DNA from: Carpediemonas membranifera BICM
Lineage: Eukaryota; Protista; Fornicata
Assembly (NCBI GenBank): GCA_019828565.1
Contig: JAHDYR010000009.1
Coordinates: 248,001-312,000, forward strand
Length of the DNA stretch: 64,000 nucleotides
Reading direction: 5' to 3'
Part shown: one piece after another, positions 1-11,605 of the stretch
Numbering within the stretch: the first letter of the stretch is position 1
Layout of the letters: every line of letters begins with the position of its first letter
The notes under the pieces: generated by a model
The model's database searches: none
What the model was told of the DNA's origin: nothing
The model's input: the letters and a program-made list of their open reading frames with translations, nothing else
Position numbers and translations under genes: made by a program

Positions 1-1
1 C

Positions 2-2020
2 CACCGCCTCTACGGGGGCCGCCTCTTCGAGTTCCGCACGACCTTCGGCGAGGTGGACCGGTACCAGAGGGTCCACGTCCCCCCGATCCTCGAGCACCAC
101 GGTCTGGGCACTCACTCTATCCTGCTTGTCACAACGAGGGGCTTATACGGCCTGTGTCGTGACCCTGTACCGCCCGGGTTCAACGAGCAGGACCCGAGGC
201 GTAGGATGGCTAGGGCGGCCCGAGTCGCCTTCTCCCACTGTCCTAAAGTGCACGAATACGTAGCGGGCATCCGGGACTGGCGCATGCACGGACTGGTGAT
301 TGACCACCACCGCGACTGGACGGTCATCCTGACCCCAGTCGGCGCCGTCTCACTGGGCAACAAGGGGCTGATCGACGAGTCCGTGCCTGAGGCAGACGTG
401 TGCATGTTCCACCCCATGGCCCTGCCCGACGACTTCATCCCAACGAGCATCTTATCGACGCCCCGAGCCGTCGTCCTCACAATGGGCGACCGGCAGATGG
501 TCGGCGGTGACCTTGGCGGCTCTAGTGACCTGCCCAGAGGAACCTTCACGGACATGCCGTTCAAGGTCGACTGGGCCCGAGGCTACGAGGACTTTAGCCT
601 GCTCGGTAATCGCCAGCAAGTTATGTTTGCTGGGAAATCGACGCCCGCCATCACTGCCTCTGGCCTGCTGCCAGACTCAGCTGGAGACTTCATCAGACTT
701 CAGTTCCCTTCCGGGACCGAGCGTTTCGCCATGCACCCCCTGCTCGTGGCCCTCGTCTCCGATGGGTCGACCCGCGTCGTCAAGGACGTCTCCGATGACA
801 CGAACACGCGGGTCCTGACCGTTTCTATCGCCGCCAAGGCCTCCGCGGTCGTGTTCTCGCCAAGCACGTTCGAACAGACCATTTTTGTCAAGACGAACGA
901 GGGTTGGCTCAGCGTCGATCTCGCGACACAATCCGCTGATCAGATCACGGAGTTGCCGGCCAAGCTTGGATACGAGTCGATCGAGCTTGACGCCGCGCCT
1001 GAAACCACGGGGATTGACAGTCGCTCAACCGTAGCTAATGACGAACCCCCTCTTGTCAGCGTCATTTCCGACATAACCAAGCCCAAGAATGTGGAGCATG
1101 CAGTCGACGAGTCGTTCTACACCTTCCGTGGTCACGCGGCCAACAACCTCGCCAGCATCGTCGCCGTCGCCTTCCTCCCCGACGGTTCGGTCGCCTCGAG
1201 CGGGTGGGACCAGACGATGCGGGTCTGGAACTCCACTGGCGAGTGTAAGCTGAACATATCGACCGGCGAAGAGATCTGGGATATCGTTGCATCGCCCGAC
1301 GGCAAGCTTCTCGTCACTGGCGGCCTCAAGACCGTCCAGGTATGGAACGCAGAGACAGGTGAACACGTGTTCAAGCCTCTACTCGGCCACGACAAGTGGA
1401 TTGTGTACGTCGCCGTCTCCGCGGACAAGAAACTCGCGGTGTCAAGTTCTGGTGACGGCAGCATCATCGCCTGGGACCTCGTCCGCGGGGAAATGGCCTG
1501 GCGCGGATGGGAGCATGATAGCCAGACTAACTGTGTTGCGATCTCGCCTGATGGAAAAGTTATCGTGTCCGGATCTGATGACTGCACAATTAAGCTCTGG
1601 GACGCTGAGACGGGGCGTGTCCTCCAGACGCTTGAAGAGCAGGATGGCGGTGTCTTCTGCGTCGCCTTCTCACCTGACGGCGCGCTGCTGGCGTCGAGCG
1701 GCATCGAAAAGATCGTCTGTCTTTGGGATGTGGCCACCGGGGTCTGCCTCGCGAAGTTCGAGGAGGGCACGCACACCCAATTCGTTCGCGGACTCAGATT
1801 CTCGCCCGACGGAAGGATGATTGCGACTTCCTCCCGTGACGCGACGATCAAGCTGTGGAACGTCGCCACGGGCAAGTGCATGCGTACTCTGCGGGGCCAT
1901 GCCCAGAACGTGCGGCGTGTGGACTTCTCTCAGGACGGGTCGACTCTGGTCAGCAGCTCAATGGACAAGACGGCCAAGCTGTGGGACCTCAAGGGCCTGG
2001 TGGGCGATGCTTCAACGTAA
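2..2020 (+). CDS. 5'-partial protein: lineage-specific N-terminal region plus C-terminal WD40 propeller
   Basis: Frame is open from base 2. About 7 GH...WD repeats in the C-terminal half. N-terminal YGGRLF...R(V/I)xVP...TxxGL(Y/F) motifs are shared with the ORF at the far end of the window. Confidence 0.8.
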   Translation, partial: HRLYGGRLFEFRTTFGEVDRYQRVHVPPILEHHGLGTHSILLVTTRGLYGLCRDPVPPGFNEQDPRRRMARAARVAFSHCPKVHEYVAGIRDWRMHGLVIDHHRDWTVILTPVGAVSLGNKGLIDESVPEADVCMFHPMALPDDFIPTSILSTPRAVVLTMGDRQMVGGDLGGSSDLPRGTFTDMPFKVDWARGYEDFSLLGNRQQVMFAGKSTPAITASGLLPDSAGDFIRLQFPSGTERFAMHPLLVALVSDGSTRVVKDVSDDTNTRVLTVSIAAKASAVVFSPSTFEQTIFVKTNEGWLSVDLATQSADQITELPAKLGYESIELDAAPETTGIDSRSTVANDEPPLVSVISDITKPKNVEHAVDESFYTFRGHAANNLASIVAVAFLPDGSVASSGWDQTMRVWNSTGECKLNISTGEEIWDIVASPDGKLLVTGGLKTVQVWNAETGEHVFKPLLGHDKWIVYVAVSADKKLAVSSSGDGSIIAWDLVRGEMAWRGWEHDSQTNCVAISPDGKVIVSGSDDCTIKLWDAETGRVLQTLEEQDGGVFCVAFSPDGALLASSGIEKIVCLWDVATGVCLAKFEEGTHTQFVRGLRFSPDGRMIATSSRDATIKLWNVATGKCMRTLRGHAQNVRRVDFSQDGSTLVSSSMDKTAKLWDLKGLVGDAST

Positions 2021-2272
2021 GATGGCAGCTGTAATGGGTATAAAGTAGTTAATACTGTTGGTGAGCCTATTCAGCGCGGGAGCTTGTCTCGTGGGCCAGG
2101 GTCAACTTGCTTCCCATCATTTCCGCCATTTACAGCTGTATAGTTCACTACACCAAGCATCTTGACGGCCTCGCGTCAGTCCGATGCTGCCACTGGCTCG
2201 GCGGGTGTCAGCTGAATTTGGCTCCGACTTCATGCTGAGTCATCACGATACAATCCACCGCCACACGTCCCT

Positions 2273-2834
2273 ATGAGCGACCTAGAGCTTGTTCAACTCA
2301 GTATTAACCAAACACATGTGTATAGAATCCCACCGCGTCCTTCGGCGCAGGGCTGGTAGTGCGTATTCCCCCAATCTCTCACCTAGTTGCCAAGCATGGC
2401 GTCCTGAAGACCGTATCTTCACAGGAAGGCTCAAAGTGATCACTACTGGAAGCGAATGCATCATTCGCATCGAGAACACAGAGACAAACCAGGTTTTCGT
2501 CGAGGCCCGCTATCGTTCAGCAGACGACGTCGAACGGGCCCTGGACAGCTCTCGGTACTTCATCGTGACTGTGGAGGACCCCAACACCAAGCGCAAGGCC
2601 CAGATCGGTATCGGGTTCGAACGTCGGGAGGAGTCGTTCGACTTCAACGTCGCGCTACAGAACTTTTTGAAGCCCCACACCGACGCTATCGCACCAAACC
2701 CTGAGCTCAACCTCGGCCTAAAGGAGGGCGAGAAGATCCACATCAACATCAACGTCCCCAAGAAGAAGCACACTTCTTCCAAGCCGGCTGGGTCTGGCGG
2801 CTTCAGCCTCAAGCTCGCACCGCCCCCGAAATAG
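2273..2834 (+). CDS. NECAP: NECAP (adaptin ear-binding coat-associated protein, PHear domain)
   Basis: join(2273..2358,2387..2834) with a 28-nt intron. Motifs VYRIPPR, FTGRLKV, DSSRYF, IGIGFERREESFDFNVALQ, LKEGEKIHINI, LAPPP. Confidence 0.9.
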
Positions 2835-2949
2835 GAATGAAGCGGTAAATAAAATACGAGATCTCACGGGCTCTCTGGAGCATCCGGGAGGTTGTGGATG
2901 GACAGTGAACTCGCCAAGCTCGGTGAGCAGTTTATGGCACGAACACAAA

Positions 2950-4412
2950 ATGACCGATCTCGCCGTTCAGGCCGCACCAGAGTTTAAAAACACATGCACT
3001 GGTACAAAGCATGGCTCTGATACTTCTATTGCCGTTCGTCTTTCTTCTATCTGCAGATAATTACACAGACACAAACAGAGGACAAAATCGTACTCAATGC
3101 CCTCCCACCAGAGGAAATAGACACTGATATACTTTCAAAAGCCCTGAATGTAATTGAACCGCTCCTGCAGCACATGTTTAGGGCCAATATAGCGAACAAA
3201 TCCCTCCTAGAACTCCGCACGTCTAATGAGGCCTTCTCTGCGACACAAATCGCATCTACGATGGCTGTGCAGGTCGACGAAGTCTCCGCCTCCACTATCC
3301 AGGTCCGCCACGCCCAGGACCTGCTCGTGTCCTCCATCAACGCGTCTGGCGTCTTCATTGCCATAGCTTTCGGATCCACCTCGCACTCAACCGAGTCAGA
3401 AGGCAGGGTTTTTATTGTCAACCACCTCAAGCTGGCCAGCCAGACCACTCTGGTCCACAGCGAGGCGATCGTCATTGACACTATGGCTCCCGTCAGTGCT
3501 CTGGCATTCCATCCAGTCAGGCCTCATATCATCGCCGTGGCTGACTCAAGCGGAGTTGTGAGTGTTTATGACTTGTCATACCAGCGCAACCCCGAACGGA
3601 TCGCGACGACTGAGCAAGCCGAGTTCCGTCACAACAGCGCTGTCGTCGCAGTTCACTGGGTACGCGATGTGGCTGAACGGAGCGGCTTCCGGCTCGTCAG
3701 TGTCGGCCAGGACAGCCTTATCCTGCACCTCAGGATGTCGACGTCCCCCCCGCTGTCCACCCCAGTCGCCTGTACGACTCTCGCCAAGGACGTCCACACC
3801 CGCACACAGACCCTCGGCCGCATGTTCAAGCCTGCCGCGGCGGATGTCCCAGCCCTTGCCCAGGGCACGCTGCTCGTGGGGACTCGGGAGGGGGCCGTGA
3901 TGCTGGTCAACACAATGCTCAGGGCTGGTGCTGTCACGAGGATCGAGGAGTCAATGACTGCGGGTATGCGGTCACAATTCGTCGGCCATTTTGCAGGCGT
4001 GACAGTGGTGGCAGCGTCTCCGCTCTCGAGGCAGCTGTTTTTGACTGCGTCATTGGACGAAACCGTGTTGGTGAGACACACCGGGCTCACACTCGCCCTG
4101 GCCGAGATCGCGCTCGATGACACGCCGTACGCTGCGGCGTGGTCGCCACACAGGCCGTGTGTTTTTGCTGTTGCTTGCGAATCTGTTGTATATATCTTTG
4201 ATCTGACTGAATCTTATGATACACCAGCTGAGCGTATAGATATCGCAGACTCGAGTCGACCCTCTTTCGTGCAATTTAATGCAAAGTATCCTGGGATGCT
4301 TGTCTGCGGCACCGTGTCGGGCAGAGTGACCTTTGTCCACCTCAGCAACCGCTTCACTCAGTCCAGCAACAAGGAGGAGGCGTTGAAGAAGTCGCTAGAA
4401 GCAACGGAGTGA
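2950..4412 (+). CDS. WD40 protein, dynein intermediate chain-like (WDR34/DYNC2I2-like)
   Basis: join(2950..3033,3069..4412) with a 35-nt intron. TQT motif near the N-terminus; SPLSRQLFLTASLD, WSPHRPCVFAVA, IFDL. Confidence 0.7.
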
Positions 4413-5194
4413 GCGCGCGATGGTCGTTTTGCTGTCATGTATCCGTATTACCGTAGTAAATGGCCCTCTGTTAACGCAGTCAACGGCCTGCTTGAAAGTG
4501 GAATACAAAAGTCGCCCGAAGCCTGGTGGGGCATTTTTGCGCGGCGACTGATCCAATTCCCCGGGGTCACGGGAGGTCGGTGTTCCTGTTCGATGCCAGC
4601 CGTTGCGGCAGGGTAGAGTAGAGGCCATGTTGTGTGGCTAAGTTCTGACCATTTTTGCTTGGTCTTCGGAAACCCGTTAAGCCAGTGATCGCGTGCGTTG
4701 CATATGCTGGCCAAATCATCTTTCAGCACTTGTTCTTTGTGAAATCGTTCGTTCTTTGGGGTACGATGATACTTATGACGGGCGGACTGAAAAATCCATG
4801 TCGATTCGTCATCCTCTGACCCCTTGCACCTTTCTTCTTATACAGACTTCTGATTCGATTGAACTGGCATTGAGGATCCCAGTGTCTTGACGTCCAACCC
4901 GGAGGTGTATGTCTAGGAGCTTGCTTCGCTTCGTATGCGTCCCCGGAGTGGCGTTTCGCGTGCTGTAAATGGTTGCTCCCACTTATATGCTCGGTTAACG
5001 ACTCTTGATCACCCCGACTCTGTGGGGACCGTCGCAGCGTTGCCTTTTTGGCGCCAGTAGTGCTCTGCTGAGCATCTAGCCAGGTCAACCCGCTTGCCGG
5101 ATCCTAACGTGCGGCCAGGAGCGTGGCGGACATCACTGTGGGCTATATGGGTAGTGGATGGTGCTACAGGCGTCGTTTCCCGCGATTTATTGTG

Positions 5195-5836
5195 ATGCAT
5201 GTTAACGACAATTTGGAGACCATCCGACGGGGTTCTCAGCTACTCGCGATGAACTCCGCCATTCTCTCCATTCTTCCCTCTAACCCAACAGTTGAGGATG
5301 TCGAGGTTGCGAGTAGGGCTCTTGAAACATGCTCAGAGCCGATTATCATCAACTCGTTGCTCCGCAAGCTCGTCCAGCGCCTTGCTGTCGCTTTGTCCGA
5401 CGCAAGCATCGATTCAACGATTCATATCGCTCTTACGGAGGCTATAGTACGCTTCAGTGGCCATATTGACCGCCCCACGGCCCTTGTGATGCTCGATATG
5501 CTCTCTAGCTCGACATCCCCGTCCAAGCACACGCTGCCAGTGCTAGAGAAGCTCATACCATTCGTCACAGTCCATGATACTGAGCTGGACGGCATCCTGG
5601 CCATGCTCGACGCCCCCGAATCCGCCTCTGCCGCTGTCACCATGGTCGTCAGGGCCGCCCCGACCCTGGACGGCAGCCTGGTCCCCGTAGTCGCCACCCA
5701 TGTAGCCGCATACCTGCTGTCGGCGGTCCCCACGGGAGACCACCGGGCTGAGGCCCTCGAGTGCTTGGACAAGCTCGCCGAGCACGGCGGGCTGTGGGCG
5801 TCCAGTGTCAGAGAGCTCCGGGACAGGTGCGGGTGA
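5195..5836 (+). CDS. hypothetical helical protein (start uncertain)
   Basis: Open frame with host-like codon usage; no recognised motif. Confidence 0.5.
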   Translation: MHVNDNLETIRRGSQLLAMNSAILSILPSNPTVEDVEVASRALETCSEPIIINSLLRKLVQRLAVALSDASIDSTIHIALTEAIVRFSGHIDRPTALVMLDMLSSSTSPSKHTLPVLEKLIPFVTVHDTELDGILAMLDAPESASAAVTMVVRAAPTLDGSLVPVVATHVAAYLLSAVPTGDHRAEALECLDKLAEHGGLWASSVRELRDRCG

Positions 5837-6027
5837 GGTATGGAGTCATGTGACTGTAGAATGAGTGGTTATGATCCCGAGTTCTGAGTGAAGAGCATCC
5901 GGTGGTGTGACTCTGACTTGTGGACCCGAGTTGCCTGCTGGAAGTAGTGAGTAGCCTTGGCAGAGTGCCGACATTCCTATGAGTTCAGTCCGGGTCGGAA
6001 TAAACTTACGCATCAAATTCTCTGAAC

Positions 6028-7075
6028 CCGATTGGGGCCGCTAGGTCCGTGCCCGATCGCTTTCAGCTTCGAATGGGACGGCATTTATTGAGCCTGAGAA
6101 CACAACCCCGGCGAGTATTACGTAAACATAGGTAGGCCGGCCGCTGTGCGAGTCGCGGGCGGCGCGTGGGACCTCGAATCGAATGTGCAGTTTAGCCGGA
6201 TCCAGAGCACCCAACGAAAATGTGTCCGCAAAGCCGCGCCAGCCGCCTCGCTCGGCCCACTCGCGTCGCCTCGCGCGCATTTCTGCGACTGTGTCGCGGA
6301 CCGATTTAACGAAGGTGTCGTCGTTCGAGTGATCCACGCCATTTTGAACGATGGAATAATTTTTTTCGAACAACACGTTCAAGCGCCCGCCGATGTCCAC
6401 AAAGTCGAAGACGAAGCACCTCGAAGCTATCCTGTTCTGGCAGGAACATGGGCCAAAGCACGTTCCCATCGAGACGAACCTGCAGCGCTACGTGCGCGAC
6501 ACTACGAAGGCAAACTTCGTCAGAAAGGTCGTTTTGCTCGTCCACGACGTCCAGGTTTCCTGCGGAAGGAAGCCTGCCACCGAGTGCTCGATGATCACCC
6601 CGGTTCCCCCGGCCACGACCGAGAACAAGGCGTTTGTCCTTTCCCCTGCGCCTCACACAGCCCCTCCCGCAACCACATTCAGATCGACATCAGCAACGTC
6701 GCCTACCAGATCCGCCGCAAGCACATCGCCTCGGCCTCCGACTTCTTCACCCAGTTTCTCTTCGAACTCGGGCTCTGCCCCCAGCTCATCGCCATGCGCG
6801 AGCTGACCGAGGATCTGGCGACCGAGTCTGTCGGCCGGCAGTGTCTGTGCAGCACGGTCTACCCAGAGGACGACCAGATGTGAGCGCGCCGCCGCTATTT
6901 TCCTTTCTAAACGATCTTTCGCCACAACGTGAATAAGCGAGTGCCCCAGAAGCAGTCCTCTTCTTCTGGCTGGGCCGGAATAGCCTGCATCAACTCGCGC
7001 GCAGTTTAGCCGTTGCGATGAGCGACTTCGAGGTGAAACAGACGGAATTGACGACCAGGCGTGTGATAGTTTACA
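6028..7075 (+). repeat. direct repeat copy 1 (about 1.04 kb; copy 2 at 17220-18267)
   Basis: By-eye identity between 6028-7067 and 17220-18259, then one mismatch and 7 more matching bases. Offset 11192 bp. Identical ORFs appear in the ORF track for both copies. Confidence 0.97.
6393..6883 (+). CDS. hypothetical protein (in repeat copy 1)
   Basis: join(6393..6631,6661..6883). A 29-nt intron gtttgt...ctcacacag joins two ORF-track frames. Confidence 0.65.
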
Positions 7076-7596
7076 CTGCAAACAAAAGAGAGTTCGAACT
7101 CTCTATATATATTCTGGACACCGTCCTTTCTCTGAAGCAGAGCCTTCTTGCCAAGATCAGCGAGATCAGCCCAAGGGAAGGTGAACAGCTTCCATCAGCG
7201 ATAGAAAACGTCATACTTGTACATAACGGCGAGATATTGGAAGAAGGTGCATTGCTTTCATCATTTTACTTTGGAGACGGCGACGAGGTATTCATGGCCC
7301 CGCTTGACTCGGCGGGGAAGCCCGATCTGTCGAAAATACTCCTCATACCAGGACTACCGCCATCCGAGCAGCCCTCTGCGGACGCAGAGGCCGTTCCAGT
7401 GCTTGTTTCCGTCATGGGCGACCTTCTCGACCACACCATCAAGCCCAGCTGCACCACCGCGACATTCAAGGCCTCTCTCGCGAAACAGCTCAACGTTAGG
7501 CTGGACGATAAGCGGGTGTTGTGGGGTGGTGTCTTTAGGGAGGATGAGCAGACGTTTGCGGGGGTCGCCGGCAACGACCTGATCAGTCTTATTTAA
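7018..7596 (+). CDS. ubiquitin-like domain protein
   Basis: DTVLSLKQ...ILVHNGEILEEGALLSSF is Ubl-like, with a second Ubl-like segment at the C-terminus. Confidence 0.7.
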   Translation: MSDFEVKQTELTTRRVIVYTANKREFELSIYILDTVLSLKQSLLAKISEISPREGEQLPSAIENVILVHNGEILEEGALLSSFYFGDGDEVFMAPLDSAGKPDLSKILLIPGLPPSEQPSADAEAVPVLVSVMGDLLDHTIKPSCTTATFKASLAKQLNVRLDDKRVLWGGVFREDEQTFAGVAGNDLISLI

Positions 7597-7824
7597 ACTA
7601 TGCCTCGGGCGCCTGAGAATGAATGTGTGACGATTCACACGGCTTCCTGGCATCGTGCCGCTGCGGATGTTGATCTCAATTGATGGCGGACAAATTTCCA
7701 AAATTAAATGAGAAGGATACCCATTTACATCCGGTCGGCATGTATACGAGCCTGCCGCCGCTGCCAAGCGACTGGACTGGGGTGCAGTTTTTGTTCTGAG
7801 TCATCTCGGCCAAGCCAATCTGTG

Positions 7825-9372
7825 ATGTCCAGCGGCCAGGACGGGCATTTAGACCAGTCCAACATGGAGCTAACGTCTATAGATGATTTTGCCATCCCAC
7901 GTTACATTACGTCGCTTTCACTGGCGAATAACAACCTCACATCCCTTACTGGCAATAACGCAGCTTCTGCGATCTTCAGAAACCTGCAATCCTTAGACCT
8001 ATCGTTTAACAATATTACCGACGTCCAGCCCCTTGCTTTCTGCCACTCTCTAGTTGAGCTTGATCTTTCCCACAACGAAATTCGGCGAGTAACCTGCCTT
8101 GAGACGCTCGTATCTCTCCAGGTCCTCGATCTCTCCCACAACAAGATCGACAACTTCCTCACAATCCGAGCCATCGCACTCAGCCCCCGTCTGAAGCACC
8201 TGTCTCTCGAGGGCAACCCCATTTGCCAAAGCCCCAAGTTCGCCGTCACCGTCCGGAGTCAGCTGACCCGCCTCGAGACTCTAGACGGGGCCCTTGTCCG
8301 GGGTGGGTCAGCCCCCGCTGCCTTCTCCCCGACCAAGCCGAAGGTCCAGGCCGTGTCACCCCTCGCCCGAACTACTAGACCTAATCCAGAGGCTGTGGCC
8401 AAGGCAAGGGAGACCCCATCGTTTGTCCAGACTAGAGTGCGGTCGCCTGAGCGGCCCTCTGCTTCCTCCAGGCGTGCAAGAGCCGAGCTGAGCGAGCTGG
8501 ATGAGATGCTCCGGGAAGAGAGGGAGGCGGCCTCGTTCACGGCGTCTACGTTCAGCAGACGCCCCCAGCCCCACAACGCTGGCCGCCCAGCCCCTCTGGC
8601 GATCTCCCCGTCCTCACACCTGCACCCCACAGGCTCTGAGGGCGGCGTGCCGTCGTTTGTCGAACGTCTCCACTCAACCCACACGGCATCGTCCCGGAGG
8701 AAGGTCAAGGGCGTGTCCTCGGGTTCCTCCACCCCCATACCGATCGAAGAGCGTCGCGGCCGTAAGGCTCAAAGCCCCGGCCCGACGCGAGCCCGCTCCG
8801 CGTCCAGGATTCGACCCGAGCCTACCCCTGCACAGAGACAGGGCGCTTCGTTCGCCCAGTCCGGCCCCCGCATCGTCTCGGCCGACCCAGCCCGACAGTC
8901 GGCTACGGAGTCCAGACCGAGGGCTGCGTCAGCTTCCAGGACAACGGCAAGTCCACGGTGGGACGGCCGGGCCGAGAACGACTGGAACGACAACGAGAGG
9001 CCCGGTGCTGTGCCGAGGGATTGGGCGCCGACCCCGAGGAAAACTGTGCAGCCAGCCCCCCGTAACCCGGCGGCCTCTAGACGGTTCGACCTTGAGCTTT
9101 CCGAGCTGGACGTCATCGGCCCTCCAACCGACTCGACCCTGGGTCTGAGTGCCTCCGTCGGGTCAGCCCTGCATGCCTCGCAGCTCACTGAGCGGAAGAA
9201 CAGCCCGATCAGACTCACCCCCCGGCCCATTGACATTAGCCAGCCGACGGTGGACAACCCTCCGTCACCCATTGCTTGTGCGCTGACTAGTTTGAGGGCC
9301 GGCAGTGTTGCTCTGAGCGCTCAGATGAGTTTCCTCAAGTCGAAGATCAGGGGGCTTGATGGGTTGGGGTAG
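7825..9372 (+). CDS. leucine-rich repeat protein with low-complexity tail
   Basis: SDS22-type LxxLDLSxNxI repeats and an LSLEGNPIC LRR cap. Confidence 0.85.
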   Translation: MSSGQDGHLDQSNMELTSIDDFAIPRYITSLSLANNNLTSLTGNNAASAIFRNLQSLDLSFNNITDVQPLAFCHSLVELDLSHNEIRRVTCLETLVSLQVLDLSHNKIDNFLTIRAIALSPRLKHLSLEGNPICQSPKFAVTVRSQLTRLETLDGALVRGGSAPAAFSPTKPKVQAVSPLARTTRPNPEAVAKARETPSFVQTRVRSPERPSASSRRARAELSELDEMLREEREAASFTASTFSRRPQPHNAGRPAPLAISPSSHLHPTGSEGGVPSFVERLHSTHTASSRRKVKGVSSGSSTPIPIEERRGRKAQSPGPTRARSASRIRPEPTPAQRQGASFAQSGPRIVSADPARQSATESRPRAASASRTTASPRWDGRAENDWNDNERPGAVPRDWAPTPRKTVQPAPRNPAASRRFDLELSELDVIGPPTDSTLGLSASVGSALHASQLTERKNSPIRLTPRPIDISQPTVDNPPSPIACALTSLRAGSVALSAQMSFLKSKIRGLDGLG

Positions 9373-10085
9373 GTCGTAGTTGTAAACTTAGCGAAGGGCA
9401 GAGTAGTGGCGTGTCGATGAGGCTGGGTAGTTATTCTCGGGCGTGGGTGCTGGAGGTGTCGTCCGACCTGACCGCACTGATGTCCTCGTGTCGTTCTACT
9501 GGCAAATGATGAGTCATGGATTAGCAACTTTGGACTGAGCATCTCCATTCATGACCCGTTTGGATCTAGTCCGCTGACGGTCCAAGACCTGACTCAACCC
9601 GCCTTGTCTGATCAACGGAATTGCCACGTCGCATATATGCTGCCGCACAACCCATGGCATATGGCCCGGCTTATGGCCAGGCTTTGACCCAATGCCTCCA
9701 TTCCGGGTTCCTCATTCCCGTTTTGCTTCTTCCGTTGCCGTGATTTCTTTCTGTTGCCCAACTAACGAGTCAGGCCGACTCCAGTGTGCCTAACAGGGAT
9801 TTGAACCCAGTGCGAGCACACCCTCGGCCTGCCGGAAAATAGTTGACTCAGTGGCGACTTAAGACGAAAACTGTGCGAAAACGTGGCGAAAAATTCTGCG
9901 ACTCCAGCTCGAGTCAGATTCTTTGAATAACCCGTATGTTGGCTGCTGTTGCATTAGAGTGAGCGGGGATGAGGGAGATGCTTGGCTACGATACTGACTA
10001 ACCGTGCTTTTCTTTTGAAACGTGAGCATTCCTCTTTTCCTCGCCATGATTCTTTTGCCCAAAAATTTCATCACTCACACAGACA

Positions 10086-11426
10086 ATGAGAGAGATCGTC
10101 CACATTCAGGCTGGTCAGTGCGGTAACCAGATTGGTGCTAAGTTCTGGGAGGTTGTCTCCGACGAGCACGGCATCGACCCCGCTGGCAAGTACAACGGTG
10201 ACTCCGAGCTCCAGATCGAGCGCATCAACGTATACTACAACGAGGCTACCGGCGGCCGCTACGTCCCCCGCGCTGTTCTCGTTGACCTCGAGCCCGGCAC
10301 CATGGACTCTGTCCGCGCTGGTCCCTTCGGTCAGCTCTTCCGCCCCGACAACTTCGTTTTCGGCCAGAGCGGTGCTGGCAACAACTGGGCCAAGGGCCAC
10401 TACACCGAGGGTGCTGAGCTCGTCGACGCCGTCCTCGATGTTGTCCGCAAGGAGGCTGAGGGCTGCGACGCCCTTCAGGGCTTCCAGATGACCCACTCCC
10501 TTGGCGGTGGCACCGGTGCCGGCCTCGGCACTCTTCTGATCGCTAAGATCCGTGAGGAGTACCCCGACCGTATGCTCACCACCTTCTCTGTCGTGCCTTC
10601 CCCCAAGGTTTCCGACACTGTTGTCGAGCCCTACAACGCTACTCTCTCCGTTCACCAGCTCGTTGAGAACTCCGATGAGGTCTTCTGCATCGATAACGAG
10701 GCCCTGTACGACATCTGCTTCCGTACCCTCAAGCTCACCACCCCCACCTACGGTGACCTCAACCACCTCGTCTCACTCGTCATGTCCGGCGTAACCTGCT
10801 GCCTCCGCTTCCCTGGCCAGCTCAACTCTGACCTCCGTAAGCTCGCTGTCAACCTGGTCCCCTTCCCCCGTCTCCACTTCTTCCTCGTTGGCTTCGCTCC
10901 CCTGACCTCCCGCGGCTCCCAGCAGTACCGCGCCCTCTCTGTCCCCGAGCTTGTCTCCCAGATGTTCGATGCCAAGAACATGATGGCTGCCTCCGACCCC
11001 CGTCACGGCCGCTACCTCACCGCCTCTGCTCTCTTCCGTGGCCGCATGTCCACCAAGGAGGTTGATGAGATGATGCTCAACATCCAGAACAAGAACTCTT
11101 CCTACTTCGTTGAGTGGATCCCCAACAACGTGAAGGCTTCCGTCTGTGACATCCCCCCTAAGGGCCTCAAGATGTCTGCCACCTTCATCGGCAACTCCAC
11201 CGCCATCCAGGAGCTCTTCAAGCGCGTCTCTGAGCAGTTCACTGCTATGTTCCGTCGCAAGGCCTTCCTTCACTGGTACACTGGTGAGGGCATGGACGAG
11301 ATGGAATTCACTGAGGCCGAGTCCAACATGAACGATCTCGTTTCCGAGTACCAGCAGTACCAGGAGGCCACCGCCGAGGAGGAGGGCGAGTTCGACGAGG
11401 AGGAGGAGGAGTACGCCGACATGTAA
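10086..11426 (+). CDS. TUBB: beta-tubulin
   Basis: [17 protein letters not shown] start, GGGTGAG, acidic tail; 446 aa. Confidence 0.99.
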   Translation: MREIVHIQAGQCGNQIGAKFWEVVSDEHGIDPAGKYNGDSELQIERINVYYNEATGGRYVPRAVLVDLEPGTMDSVRAGPFGQLFRPDNFVFGQSGAGNNWAKGHYTEGAELVDAVLDVVRKEAEGCDALQGFQMTHSLGGGTGAGLGTLLIAKIREEYPDRMLTTFSVVPSPKVSDTVVEPYNATLSVHQLVENSDEVFCIDNEALYDICFRTLKLTTPTYGDLNHLVSLVMSGVTCCLRFPGQLNSDLRKLAVNLVPFPRLHFFLVGFAPLTSRGSQQYRALSVPELVSQMFDAKNMMAASDPRHGRYLTASALFRGRMSTKEVDEMMLNIQNKNSSYFVEWIPNNVKASVCDIPPKGLKMSATFIGNSTAIQELFKRVSEQFTAMFRRKAFLHWYTGEGMDEMEFTEAESNMNDLVSEYQQYQEATAEEEGEFDEEEEEYADM

Positions 11427-11605
11427 GCAACCTCATCAGTAAATGTTCTTGAGTAGCCTTTCCACTATCACTTTACTATCATGGAGAGGTGAGCATGCCT
11501 TGATACCACATCCATGTATACCCTGTGGCCATCACTAGTGCCGTCGTCCAGCTCGGCCCAAACCGTCTGACATCTTCGCAGCCTAGCCACAATCATCGAA
11601 CAACA

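Noticed and set aside
6146-6883. 245-aa ORF in the repeat as a transposase
   Set aside because: No transposase motifs or terminal repeats; better explained as exon 2 of a spliced gene starting at 6393.
9787-9860. tRNA on the minus strand (gggttcaaatccc, T-loop-like)
   Set aside because: I could not build a matching acceptor stem, D arm or anticodon arm.
10071-11273. Antisense ORFs over tubulin (likewise RPL4, SelD, Tom40, PACRG)
   Set aside because: Shadow ORFs caused by strong codon bias on the sense strand.
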